A DNA stretch of 33,727 bases from Nemertoderma westbladi (Eukaryota; Animalia; Xenacoelomorpha): NCBI GenBank assembly GCA_032718475.1, contig JAUCBJ010007198.1:1-33727 (forward strand), read 5' to 3'. A program made the position numbers and the translations under genes. Below are positions 23,035 through 33,727 of this stretch, in pieces. The notes beneath the pieces are model-generated. The model was not told the DNA's origin, did not search any database, and saw nothing but the letters and a program-made list of their open reading frames with translations. The stretch's first letter is position 1. The number at the start of each line of letters is the position of its first letter.

Positions 23035-26000
23035 GATTGCGACTCTGGCGGGTGCGTGTCGCTTTTGCAACTGAGTTGAGAGTAAAATTGCGACTCTTAC
23101 GGGTGCGTGTCGCTTTGGCAACTGAGTAGAGATTATAATTGTGACTCTGGCGGGTGCGTGTCGCTCTTGCAACTGAGTAGAGATTAAAATTGCGACTCTG
23201 ACGGGTGTGTGTCGCTTTTGCAACTGAGTAGAAAGTAAGATTGCGACTCTGACGGGTGCGTGTCGCTTTTGCAACTGAGTAGAGATTAAAATTGCGACTC
23301 TTACGGGTGCGTGTCGCTTTGGCAACTGAGTAGAGATTATAATTGTGACTCTGACGGGTGCGTATCGCTCTTGCAACTGAGTAGAGAGTAAGATTGCGAC
23401 TCTGACGGGTGCGTGTCGCTTTTGCAACTGAATAGAGAGTAAGATTGCGACTCTGACGGGTGCGTGTCGCTTTTGCAACTGAGTAGAGAGTAAAATTGCG
23501 ACTCTGACGGGTGTGTGTCGCTTTTGCAACTGAGTAGAAAGTAAGATTGAGACTCTGACGGGTGCGTGTCGCTTTTGCAACTGAGTAGAGATTAAAATTG
23601 CGACTCTGACGGGTGCGTGTCGCTTTGGCAACTGAATATAGATTAGAATTGCGACTCTGACGGGTGCGTGTCGTTCTTGCAACTGAGTAGAGAGTAAGAT
23701 TGCGACTCTGACGGGTGCGTGTCGCTTTTGCAACTGAGTAGAGAGTAAGATTGCGACTCTGACGGGTGCGTGTCGCTTTAGCAACTGAGTAGAGATTAAA
23801 ATTGCGACTCTGACGGGTGTGTGTCGCTTTTGCAACTGAGTAGAATGTAAGATTGCGACTCTGACGGGTGCGTGTCGCTTTTGCAACTGAGTAGAGATTA
23901 AAATTGCGACTCTGACGGGTGCGTGTCGCTTTGGCAACTGAATATAGATTAGAATTGCGACTCTGACGGGTGCATGTCGCTCTTGCAACTGAGTAGAGAT
24001 TAAAATTGCAACTCTGACGGGTGCGTGTTGCTTTAGCAACTGAGTAGAGATTAAAATTGCGACTCTGACGGGTGTGTGTCGCGTTTGCAACTGAGTTGAG
24101 AGTAAGATTGCGACTCTGACGGGTGCGTGTCGCTTTTGCAACTGAGTAGAGAGTAAGATTGCGACTCTTACGGGTGCGTGTCACTTTTGCAACTGAGTAG
24201 AGAGTAAGATTGCGACTCTTACGGGTGCGTGTCGCTTTGGCAACTGAGTAGAGATTAAAATTGCGACTCCGGTAGGTGCGTGTCGCGTTTGCAACGGAGT
24301 TCAGAGTAAAATTGCGACACTGGTAGGTGCTTGTCGCTTTTGCAACTGAGTAGAGAGTAAGATTGCGACTCTGACGGGTGCTTGTCGCTTTGGCAACTGA
24401 GTAGAGATTAAAATTGCGACTCCGGTAGGTGCGTGTCGCGTTTGCAACTGAGTTGAGAGTAAGATTGCGACTCTGACGGGTGCGTGTCGCTTTTGCAACT
24501 GAGTAGAGAGTAAGATTGCGACTCTTACGGGTGCGTGTCGCTTTGGCAACTGAGTAGAGATTAAAATTGCGACTCCGGTAGGTGCGTGTCGCGTTTGCAA
24601 CTGAGTTGAGAGTAAAATTGCGACACTGGTAGGTGCTTGTCGCTTTTGCAACTGAGTAGAGAGTAAGATTGCGACTCTGACGGGTGCGTGTCGCGTTTGC
24701 AACTGAGTTGAGAGTAAAATTGCGACTCTGGTAGGTGGGTGTCGCTATGGCAACTGAGTAGAAAGTATGATTGCGACTCTGACGGGTGCGTGTCGCTTTT
24801 GCAACTGAGTAGAGATTAAAATTGCGACTCTGACGGGTGCGTGTCGCTTTGGCAACTGAATATAGATTAGAATTGCGACTCTGACGGGTGCGTGTCGTTC
24901 TTGCAACTGAGTAGAGAGTAAGATTGCGACTCTGACGGGTGCGTGTCGCTTTTGCAACTGAGTAGAGAGTAAGATTGCGACTCTGACGGGTGCGTGTCGC
25001 TTTAGCAACTGAGTAGAGATTAAAATTGCGACTCTGACGGGTGTGTGTCGCTTTTGCAACTGAGTAGAATGTAAGATTGCGACTCTGACGGGTGCGTGTC
25101 GCTTTTGCAACTGAGTAGAGATTAAAATTGCGACTCTGACGGGTGCGTGTCGCTTTGGCAACTGAATATAGATTAGAATTGCGACTCTGACGGGTGCGTG
25201 TCGCTCTTGCAACTGAGTAGAGATTAAAATTGCGACTCTGACGGGTGCGTGTTGCTTTAGCAACTGAGTAGAGATTAAAATTGCGACTCTGACGGGTGTG
25301 TGTCGCTTTTGCAACTGAGTAGAGAGTAAGATTGCGACTCTGACGGGTGCGTGTCGCTTTAGCAACTGAGTAGAGAGTAAGATTGCGACTCTTACGGGTG
25401 CGTGTCGCTTTTGCAACTGAGTAGAGAGTAAGATTGCGACTCTTACGGGTGCGTGTCGCTTTGGCAACTGAGTAGAGATTAAAATTGCGACTCCGGTAGG
25501 TGCGTGTCGCGTTTGCAACTGAGTTGAGAGTAAAATTGCGACACTGGTAGGTGCTTGTCGCTTTTGCAACTGAGTAGAGAGTAAGATTGCGACTCTGACG
25601 GGTGCGTGTCGCGTTTGAAACTGAGTTGAGAGTAAAATTGCGACTCTGGTAGGTGGGTGTCGCTATGGCAACTGAGTAGAAAGTATGATTGCGACTCTGA
25701 CGGGTGCGTGTCGCTTTGGCAACTGAGTAGAAATTAAAATTGCGACTCTGACGGGTGTGTGTCGCTCTTGCAACTGAGTAGAGAGTGAGATTGCGATTCT
25801 GACGGGTGCGTGTCGCTTTTGCAACTGAGTAGAGAGTAAGATTGCGACTCTGACGGGTGCGTGTCGCTTTTGCAACTGAGTAGAGAGTAAGATTGCGACC
25901 CCGACGGGTGCTTGTCGCGTTTGCAACTGAGTTGAGAGTAAGATTGCGACTCTGACGGGTGCGTGTCGCTTTTGCAACTGAGTAGAGAGTAAGATTGCGA

Positions 26001-28720
26001 CTCTTACGGGTGCGTGTCGCTTTTGCAACTGAGTAGAGAGTAAGATTGCGACTCTTACGGGTGCGTGTCGCTTTGGCAACTGAGTAGAGATTAAAATTGC
26101 GACTCCGGTAGGTGCGTGTCGCGTTTGCAACTGAGTTGAGAGTAAAATTGCGACACTGGTAGGTGCTTGTCGCTTTTGCAACTGAGTAGAGAGTAAGATT
26201 GCGACTCTGACGGGTGCGTGTCGCTTTTGCAACTGAGTAGAGAGTAAGATTGCGACTCTTACGGGTGCGTGTCGCTTTGGCAACTGAGTAGAGATTAAAA
26301 TTGCGACTCCGGTAGGTGCGTGTCGCGTTTGCAACTGAGTTGAGAGTAAAATTGCGACACTGGTAGGTGCTTGTCGCTTTTGCAACTGAGTAGAGAGTAA
26401 GATTGCGACTCTGACGGGTGCGTGTCGCGTTTGCAACTGAGTTGAGAGTAAAATTGCGACTCTGGTACGGTGGGTGTCGCTATGGCAACTGAGTAGAAAG
26501 TATGATTGCGACTCTGACGGGTGCGTGTCGCTTTGGCAACTGAGTAGAGATTAAAATTGCGACTCTGACGGGTGTGTCGCTCTTGCAACTGAGTAGAGAG
26601 TGAGATTGCGATTCTGACGGGTGCGTGTCGCTTTTGCAACTGAGTAGAGAGTAAGATTGCGACTCTTACGGGTGCGTGTCGCTTTGGCAACTGAGTAGAG
26701 ATTATAATTGTGACTCTGACGGGTGCGTGTCGTTCTTGCAACTGAGTAGAGAGTAAGATTGCGACTCTGACGGGTGCGTGTCGCTTTTGCAACTGAGTAG
26801 AGAGTAAGATTGCGACTCTGACGGGTGCGTGTCGCTTTTGCAACTGAGTAGAGAGTAAAATTGCGACTCTGACGGGTGTGTGTCGCTTTTGCAACTGAGT
26901 AGAAAGTAAGATTGCGACTCTGACGGGTGCGTGTCGCTTTTGCAACTGAGTAGAGATTAAAATTGCGACTCTGACGGGTGCGTGTCGCTTTGGCAACTGA
27001 ATATAGATTAGAATTGCGACTCTGACGGGTGCGTGTCGTTCTTGCAACTGAGTAGAGAGTAAGATTGCGACTCTGACGGGTGCGTGTCGCTTTTGCAACT
27101 GAGTAGAGAGTAAGATTGCGACTCTGACGGGTGCGTGTCGCTTTTGCAACTGAGTAGAATGTAAGATTGCGACTCTGACGGGTGCGTGTCGCTTTTGCAA
27201 CTGAGTAGAGATTAAAATTGCGACTCTGACGGGTGCGTGTCGCTTTGGCAACTGAGTAGAGAGTAAGATTGCGACTCTGACGGGTGCGTGTCGCTTTAGC
27301 AACTGAGTAGAGATTAAAATTGCGACTCTGACGGGTGTGTGTCGCTTTTGCAACTGAGTAGAATGTAAGATTGCGACTCTGACGGGTGCGTGTCGCTTTT
27401 GCAACTGAGTAGAGATTAAAATTGCGACTCTGACGGGTGCGTGTCGCTTTGGCAACTGAATATAGATTAGAATTGCGACTCTGACGGGTGCGTGTCGCTC
27501 TTGCAACTGAGTAGAGATTAAAATTGCGACTCTGACGGGTGCGTGTTGCTATAGCAACTGAGTAGAGATTAAAATTGCGACTCTGACGGGTGTGTGTCGC
27601 TTTTGCAACTGAGTAGAGAGTAAGATTGCGACTCTGACGGGTGCGTGTCGCTTTAGCAACTGAGTAGAGAGTAAGATTGCGACTCTTACGGGTGCGTGTC
27701 GCTTTTGCAACTGAGTAGAGAGTAAGATTGCGACTCTTACGGGTGCGTGTCGCTTTGGCAACTGAGTAGAGATTAAAATTGCGACTCCGGTAGGTGCGTG
27801 TCGCGTTTGCAACTGAGTTGAGAGTAAAATTGCGACACTGGTAGGTGCTTGTCGCTTTTGCAACTGAGTAGAGAGTAAGATTGCGACTCTGACGGGTGCG
27901 TGTCGCGTTTGCAACTGAGTTGAGAGTAAAATTGCGACTCTGGTAGGTGGGTGTCGCTATGGCAACTGAGTAGAAAGTATGATTGCGACTCTGACGGGTG
28001 CGTGTCGCTTTGGCAACTGAGTAGAGATTAAAATTGCGACTCTGACGGGTGTGTGTCGCTCTTGCAACTGAGTAGAGAGTGAGATTGCGATTCTGACGGG
28101 TGCGTGTCGCTTTTGCAACTGAGTAGAGAGTAAGATTGCGACTCTGACGGGTGCGTGTCGCTTTTGCAACTGAGTAGAGAGTAAGATTGCGACCCCGACG
28201 GGTGCGTGTCGCGTTTGCAACTGAGTAGAGATTAAAATTGCGACTCTTACGGGTGCGTGTCGCTTTGGCAACTGAGTAGAGATTATAATTGTGACTCTGA
28301 CGGGTGCGTGTCGCTCTTGCAACTGAGTAGAGAGTAAGATTGCGACTCTGACGGGTGCGTGTCGCTTTTGCAACTGAGTAGAGAGTAAGATTGCGACTCT
28401 GACGGGTGCGTGTCGCTTTTGCAACTGAGTAGAGAGTAAAATTGCGACTCTGACGGGTGTGTGTCGCTTTTGCAACTGAGTAGAAAGTAAGATTGCGACT
28501 CTGACGGGTGCGTGTCGCTTTTGCAACTGAGTAGAGATTAAAATTGCGACTCTGACGGGTGCGTGTCGCTTTGGCAACTGAATATAGATTAGAATTGCGA
28601 CTCTGACGGGTGCGTGTCGTTCTTGCAACTGAGTAGAGAGTAAGATTGCGACTCTGACGGGTGCGTGTCGCTTTTGCAACTGAGTAGAGAGTAAGATTGC
28701 GACTCTGACGGGTGCGTGTC
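23035..28720. repeat. 51-bp satellite, about 111 copies, with higher-order variant blocks
   Basis: Unit ATTGCGACTCTGACGGGTGCGTGTCGCTTTTGCAACTGAGTAGAGAGTAAG, with internal dyad GCGAC..GTCGC. The CTATGG variant occurs at 24745, 25663, 26480 and 27957 (spacings 18x51, 16x51+1 and 29x51-2). Confidence 0.98.
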
Positions 28721-28894
28721 TGTAAAAGCTTTTGCTGAATTGTCCGGTTACTTTTCCTTATTTTTCCCGTAAAATACTCTGTAGTTGGTTTAACAGGCAT
28801 AAAAAGGCCGTGTCCTTGCTGTACTGGTGTTTTAGCGGACATAAAAGCTATTTCTTCTGTATTTGTACTTTAGAGGACATAATCCGTAATTACG

Positions 28895-29070
28895 TGACGT
28901 AAAAGCTCGATACTCTTGAAAACAGCGTCGCTACCATGACGATGGCTAGCAGCTGATATTGCCACGTCGACGTTTCTTTGTTTCTTTGTTCTCTCGTTGT
29001 TCAGGTTGACCAATCAGAGCGTTTGTTGTCTCTGTGTTGGAGGTATATACAGAAACTCAGTAGTTCAGTG
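28895..29070 (+). promoter_or_regulatory. Pol II promoter-like cluster
   Basis: TGACGT at 28895, GACCAATCAG (CCAAT at 29010), TATATA at 29044 and Inr-like TCAGT at 29065; AATAAA further on at 29755. Confidence 0.4.
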
Positions 29071-30210
29071 TTATGTTTTTGCCCAGAGCCTAAGAACCGG
29101 CTTTTGGCACCTCCGTGTTTTCAGTTTTTAGTCTTACACTAGTAGGTTTAATTATAAGGACATATATCCTTTAACTGACCTGACTCATGGAATCACTGCT
29201 AACTGATCATACATACTGACTGCTGAAACATTGCAAACTCATAACAATCAGTGTTCAGTTGTTGTTTTATACTGCTATTTACTGTCAGTTCTTCATAATA
29301 TGGTTGATGAATTATTATATTTGGAATAACGATAAATAACCCCGAAACCCAATATTCTTGATATACCGAAGGTAAGAGAGAAGGGTTACAGATAAACGAT
29401 TGTGACTTATGTTAAAGTGGTTTGAAGTGAATCTAATGTTATTTGATAGACCCTACATGAGTCAGTCTGTGTTCCTTTTATATGTGACTAAAATCAATGA
29501 AGATTGGCAGATTAGTGTGCAGTATTGTGCAGCATTGTGTATGAGTGAGTCTGTTAAAGAAGCAATTCCTAAAGAATGCGCCATATATGTGAATTATAAT
29601 TGAGCCATATCGTTGTGAGTAGTTTAAGTCATAACTCTGTTTATATAGATAAAGTGCCACGTCCTAAAGGAACTGTTAATATTCCCGAAGGTGAATAATA
29701 TTGTCAGAGATTATATAATACTGTCAGTCGAATAATACATTAGGCTTACATAGCAATAAAATTAAACCGTCGAACCCAATCTCCCGGGAATATCCAGCGG
29801 GTGAATGATCGCGCACAGATTGGTTTCGACTAGTGTAGTGAATCAAATACTTGTCATAGACTAAAAACCGATTTAATATCTAGAAGACATCTTAATTTGG
29901 TGGGTTAAACTGCCAAAGGTCTGAAAGCGCGAACATTAAAGGATATATGCTTCTGTATTGCAGTAGGCAATAAAGCTGAAGTACCGGCAACCGGTACCCA
30001 GTAGGCCTGACTACCTAACCACCCGGACCGGTACCTACAGCAGTACAGGTACAGCAGTATTATTCGATTTTGATAATTATATACCGGTAGGCCTTAATAA
30101 TTAATCAGGGAATCAGGTTTTTTATTGAGATTTTTACTTATTTCTGTCAAGTTTTATTTGTTTGTAGGCCAGTATTGAACAGAAGGCGTGTAAGCCTGAT
30201 CAGATTGTAC

Positions 30211-30785
30211 AGACAATTTGTAGGCTGAGCTGTTGTCTGATTGCTGTTAAGTCTGAACGGATTGCAGTGTCTGTAGATCATCTGTCCGATTAAGTACGGT
30301 TAGGAAGTAGGGGCAGCGAACGCTGTAAGGTAAACCCCCAACTAAAGAATAAGTCGCACTACTGGGTTAGAGCGCATACTCCCTAATCATTTCGGAGTCT
30401 GCATGTCCTGTAGTTTATTTAGGCTTGAGAGTAGTCTGCCATCGTTTAGTCTGTACTTGGTTTGTGTAAGTCTGTACGGGTAGCGTATAATTTTATTTAG
30501 ATAATTTGTAGGCTGGATAGTTGTCTGGCTGTTATTAGGCCTGAGCGGATTGCAGCGTGTGTAGATCACTTGTCTGATTAAGTACGGTTAGGAAGTAGGG
30601 GCAGCGAACGCTGTAAGGTAAACCCCCAACTAAAGAATAAGTCGCACTACTGGGTTAGAGCGCATACTCCCTAATCATTTCGGAGTCTGCATATACCGTA
30701 GTTTGTTTAGGCTTGATAGTAGTCTGTCAGTGTTTGGTCTGTATTTTGTTTGAGTAGTTTGTACGCGTAGCGTAATATTTATTAT
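30211..30785 (+). repeat. 288-bp tandem duplication with an identical 117-bp core
   Basis: 30288-30404 equals 30576-30692; the flanking parts of the two copies are visibly diverged. Confidence 0.93.
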
Positions 30786-31721
30786 TCAGAGTTTATGCGA
30801 TTATCCGCAACATTCATTCCCCAAGTTTGTTCCTACAGTAATTGTGTTTGTTATACATACCGCTATAGTTAAATTAACCCCGGTACTACACGGGCTGCTC
30901 GGCGTAGGTAAAGACTGGTGATTTTGTGCATCGGTCACTCCAGCAGATGCCGTGGTTCTTTTAGCTGTTCAAGTATATTTAACTACTGATTATCTGTTGT
31001 ACAAGTACTCGTACCTAATTTAGGGTTTAGTGTACAGTACTTTCCGAAGTAATTAGTGTAGGCATTATATTTGTGTTGTAAAGTGGTTGATAGGCACATT
31101 CGATTAGCTCTATTAACTTCTAGGTAGGAACACTCCGTGATACATAACGTAGAACCTATAGCGATACGGCTATAGGTCGTCAGGCGGTGGTATTTTCCTA
31201 TCTAGACAACGCAGTGTATTTACTACTACGTATTATTTTCAAATACCGCAGTACCCTGTCTGCTGTAATAACCAGATTTCTAACCCTTTGTTAGACTGGT
31301 TTGTAGACTTCTTGTGAAATTACCCTAAAAATTCGTATTTTGTGTTTTTTGTAAATTTTTGTGTTTATTTAGAGATTGTAATCTCAACCCGAATTGTACG
31401 TAATTTGTAGTATTAAGTAAATTAGGTAAATTAGTATTATTTGTTTTAGTGTCCTATAAGTAACACTTCACTGAAAGCGCACCGCTTTGTGTAGTGATTA
31501 CTCCCCCGAAATAATAACATTTATTTCAAACATTGACTAAACCCATTAAAACGGGTATATATATATTATAAATCAAATCTAACGATTTATAAATAGTAGG
31601 CCTACCATACAACCATTAGGTCTCCATATCAGTTGGTCTACTGCTCAAATAGCGGTAATAAAGTAAGTAAAGTAACTAAGTAACCCTAAAATTCAGAAAT
31701 TCAATTATTTAAAATAATTGA

Positions 31722-31990
31722 CATACCGGTATTTACGATAGGCCTATTATCTTTATTTCTATAAATTTAGGCTGAAATTATACCGGTACTTTATAATTAA
31801 TTCTAGTCCAGAATTATAATTATATATACTACAAACTGTAAGCTGTATACCGGTATTCCGATAGGCCTATTATATATTTATATATATTTGTGCTAAAATT
31901 ATACCGGTATTCTGAGATAAACCTAGTCTGTAATAATACTTATATATACTATAAGCATACCGGTATTCTACTATATTATATATATATCAC
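31722..31990 (+). repeat. Degenerate tandem repeat of about 120-124 bp containing ATACCGGTA motifs
   Basis: ATACCGGTATT..GATAGGCCTATTAT at about 31723 and 31847, with a partial third copy at about 31967. Confidence 0.7.
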
Positions 31991-32103
31991 GCTACACTGA
32001 GTAGCAGTACCGGTAATTAATTATTAGGCTAGCAGTTAATACTGAGTTACTAGACTTGCTCAGACTGTAATACAGCAGTAGACATTCAACTGTATACATA
32101 AAC

Positions 32104-33714
32104 ATGTCTGATACTAAGCAGAACCTGTCAGACAGTATATTAGATGTAACTATCTGCGACTCAGATAGAGACGTACAACCGTCTGGTCGTAAATCCAGTT
32201 CACCTCCCACTGTGAGGAAGGTCATCCCTCCAGTAGTAATAACAGAACCTAGGCTAGTCCAACATCGTAGGTCTATCATAGGCACCCGAGCTCAGGTCAA
32301 GCGGGACCAAGAAGCAGCGGAACAGCAACAACCCGCGAGTCAAGAGCTTGTTACTCAGCGGCCCAGCAGCTCCAGTAGTGAAGATACTGTAGAGCTGACA
32401 CCCGAGCGCGGAGCAGAGATGACGGATGCTGTTTATACGGATCCCCTTCTCATCCTTCCTGCAGCCGTACTCGTTAGGTTATTGATCGCGGTGGAAGAAC
32501 ACCAGATCAATTGGGCGAGAAGTCAACGACCAACTAGAGATAGTTATGCGGGATACACGAGGGAAGAATTGAAGTCTATTGTCGAGTCGCAATGGAACTT
32601 CCCCGGACCCGGACTCCCGTTTGATTTATCAGAAGCTGCCTGGGAAGACATACACCGGATGGGAGTAGCCAAGGAAACCATCGATCCAGCTGTATGGAAG
32701 AGGTCCGCAGCCGGATACGCACAGGGATTCTTCAGCTCTATGGAGCGAGTAGAAAGACAACTATTTAAACAACCTCAAGGACCTCAAGAGCAGGAACAGC
32801 TGCTTTATCAAGTTAGAGAAAGAGTTCTGCGAATTAGGCTAATCTTATCCGCCTTTGAGGAAGCTTCTAAAAGAAGACAAGACACGTCGTTGCAAGTTGC
32901 CGTAAAGACTTGGCTTCAAAAGGTGAGACGCCAGGTTCAAGGAGCAGCTCAGTGGAAAGCTCAGTTTGAGGAGCGCTCAACCCATGGAGAATCGACGGAC
33001 GCTACTTTTTCCCAAGTGGAAAGTGAAGCGACGGCAGAGAAACCGCATAAGAAGGATGCCATTGATATCTACCTGTCAGACTATCAGCGTTTTGTGGGAG
33101 ATGAAGAGTTGAGGAGAAGGCTAGAGGGACTTAGCCCTAATAGCGAAGGAGCCAAACTTGTGTTAGATGCGATTGATGTGGATAGGTTAGCGGCGAACCA
33201 AGCTAAATTCGATGAACAACTCCGCATCGCTAGAGAAAAGGAAGAACAAGTAAGGAAAAAACGTATAGAAGATAGAAAGACAGCAGCAGCGGCAGTGGCA
33301 GCGGCAGAAGCGGAAAGAAAGGCGGCAGAGGCAGTGGCAGAGGCAAAAGCGGCAGCTGCAGCAATAAAAGCGGCAGCAGCAGAGGCAAAAGCGGCAGCAG
33401 CAGAAGCGGAAAGAAAGATAGCAGTGGCAGAAGCAGAACGGAGGGCATCTGAAGAGACAACCCAACTAGAGTTGGAAAATCTTCAAGAGAGGCAAGATAA
33501 CTTTAATAAACAGTTAACAGCTAGTAATATGCAGATGATGAATCGATCTACTCCCAAACGACAAGGTTATACATCATCTGAGGAAGGTAATACCACCGAC
33601 ACTGAAGGCGGAGGAAATCGATCCCGCCTAAGCAGACGTAAAAGAACATTCCACCGTCAGAAATTGCCTGATTTGCCTCCAGCTGTTAGAAGGCAACTAA
33701 ATAACACCAACTAG
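32104..33714 (+). CDS. 536-aa hypothetical protein with a helical middle region and an Ala/Glu/Lys coiled coil; possibly retroelement ORF1/Gag N-terminus
   Basis: A 1.6-kb ATG-initiated, mostly non-repetitive ORF in AT-rich DNA, with good start context (AACATGT) and a clear GC shift. It contains AAAEAERK repeats, then STP and a basic tract. No recognisable family motif. Confidence 0.7.
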   Translation: MSDTKQNLSDSILDVTICDSDRDVQPSGRKSSSPPTVRKVIPPVVITEPRLVQHRRSIIGTRAQVKRDQEAAEQQQPASQELVTQRPSSSSSEDTVELTPERGAEMTDAVYTDPLLILPAAVLVRLLIAVEEHQINWARSQRPTRDSYAGYTREELKSIVESQWNFPGPGLPFDLSEAAWEDIHRMGVAKETIDPAVWKRSAAGYAQGFFSSMERVERQLFKQPQGPQEQEQLLYQVRERVLRIRLILSAFEEASKRRQDTSLQVAVKTWLQKVRRQVQGAAQWKAQFEERSTHGESTDATFSQVESEATAEKPHKKDAIDIYLSDYQRFVGDEELRRRLEGLSPNSEGAKLVLDAIDVDRLAANQAKFDEQLRIAREKEEQVRKKRIEDRKTAAAAVAAAEAERKAAEAVAEAKAAAAAIKAAAAEAKAAAAEAERKIAVAEAERRASEETTQLELENLQERQDNFNKQLTASNMQMMNRSTPKRQGYTSSEEGNTTDTEGGGNRSRLSRRKRTFHRQKLPDLPPAVRRQLNNTN

Positions 33715-33727
33715 AGAGTACAGAACC

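Larger units (their letters stand above)
28721..33727 (+). mobile_element. Putative retroelement 5' part (LTR-like region, long leader, ORF1), continuing past the window
   Basis: Starts TGTAA exactly where the satellite is cut mid-unit. It has promoter and poly(A) motifs, leader tandem duplications and a long intronless orphan ORF. No PBS, second LTR or pol is visible. Confidence 0.4.

Noticed and set aside
12620-28720. CRISPR-like appearance of dyad-containing 51/52-bp repeats
   Set aside because: There are no unique spacers and no cas genes, and the context is eukaryotic; these are plain tandem arrays.
29810-29915. Candidate LTR ends with PBS (CA-GAT-TGGTTTCGAC; ACA-TCTTAATT-TGGTGGG)
   Set aside because: I could not match either to a tRNA 3' end, so no LTR boundary is called.
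33187-33465. Cys-rich and Leu/Pro-rich minus-strand ORFs
   Set aside because: They are antisense readings of the GCA-rich coiled-coil repeat.

Overview
This is AT-rich eukaryotic (invertebrate metazoan-type) genomic DNA. One clearly intact host gene is present: an intronless vasa/DDX4 CDS (18038-20542, +) with nine CCHC knuckles, five of them from an 84-bp tandem expansion. Almost everything else is repeat-derived. (i) A giant foldback Mutator-like (MULE) element with 21-bp subterminal arrays and a decayed transposase runs from before position 1 to 6657. (ii) A related MITE with an 8-bp TSD lies at 7150-7608. (iii) A TIR element at 7773-11120 carries a CR1-type LINE fragment. (iv) An old foldback (about 11450-17429) is interrupted by a TIR element with a 5-bp TSD (11576-15269) that carries a 52-bp satellite. 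(v) A 5.7-kb array of 51-bp units (23035-28720) is cut mid-unit by a probable retroelement, which has promoter motifs, a duplicated structured leader segment and a 536-aa orphan ORF (32104-33714). A fixed-spacing bipartite 50-bp motif recurs inside several unrelated elements. All calls were made by eye, and family assignments need database confirmation.
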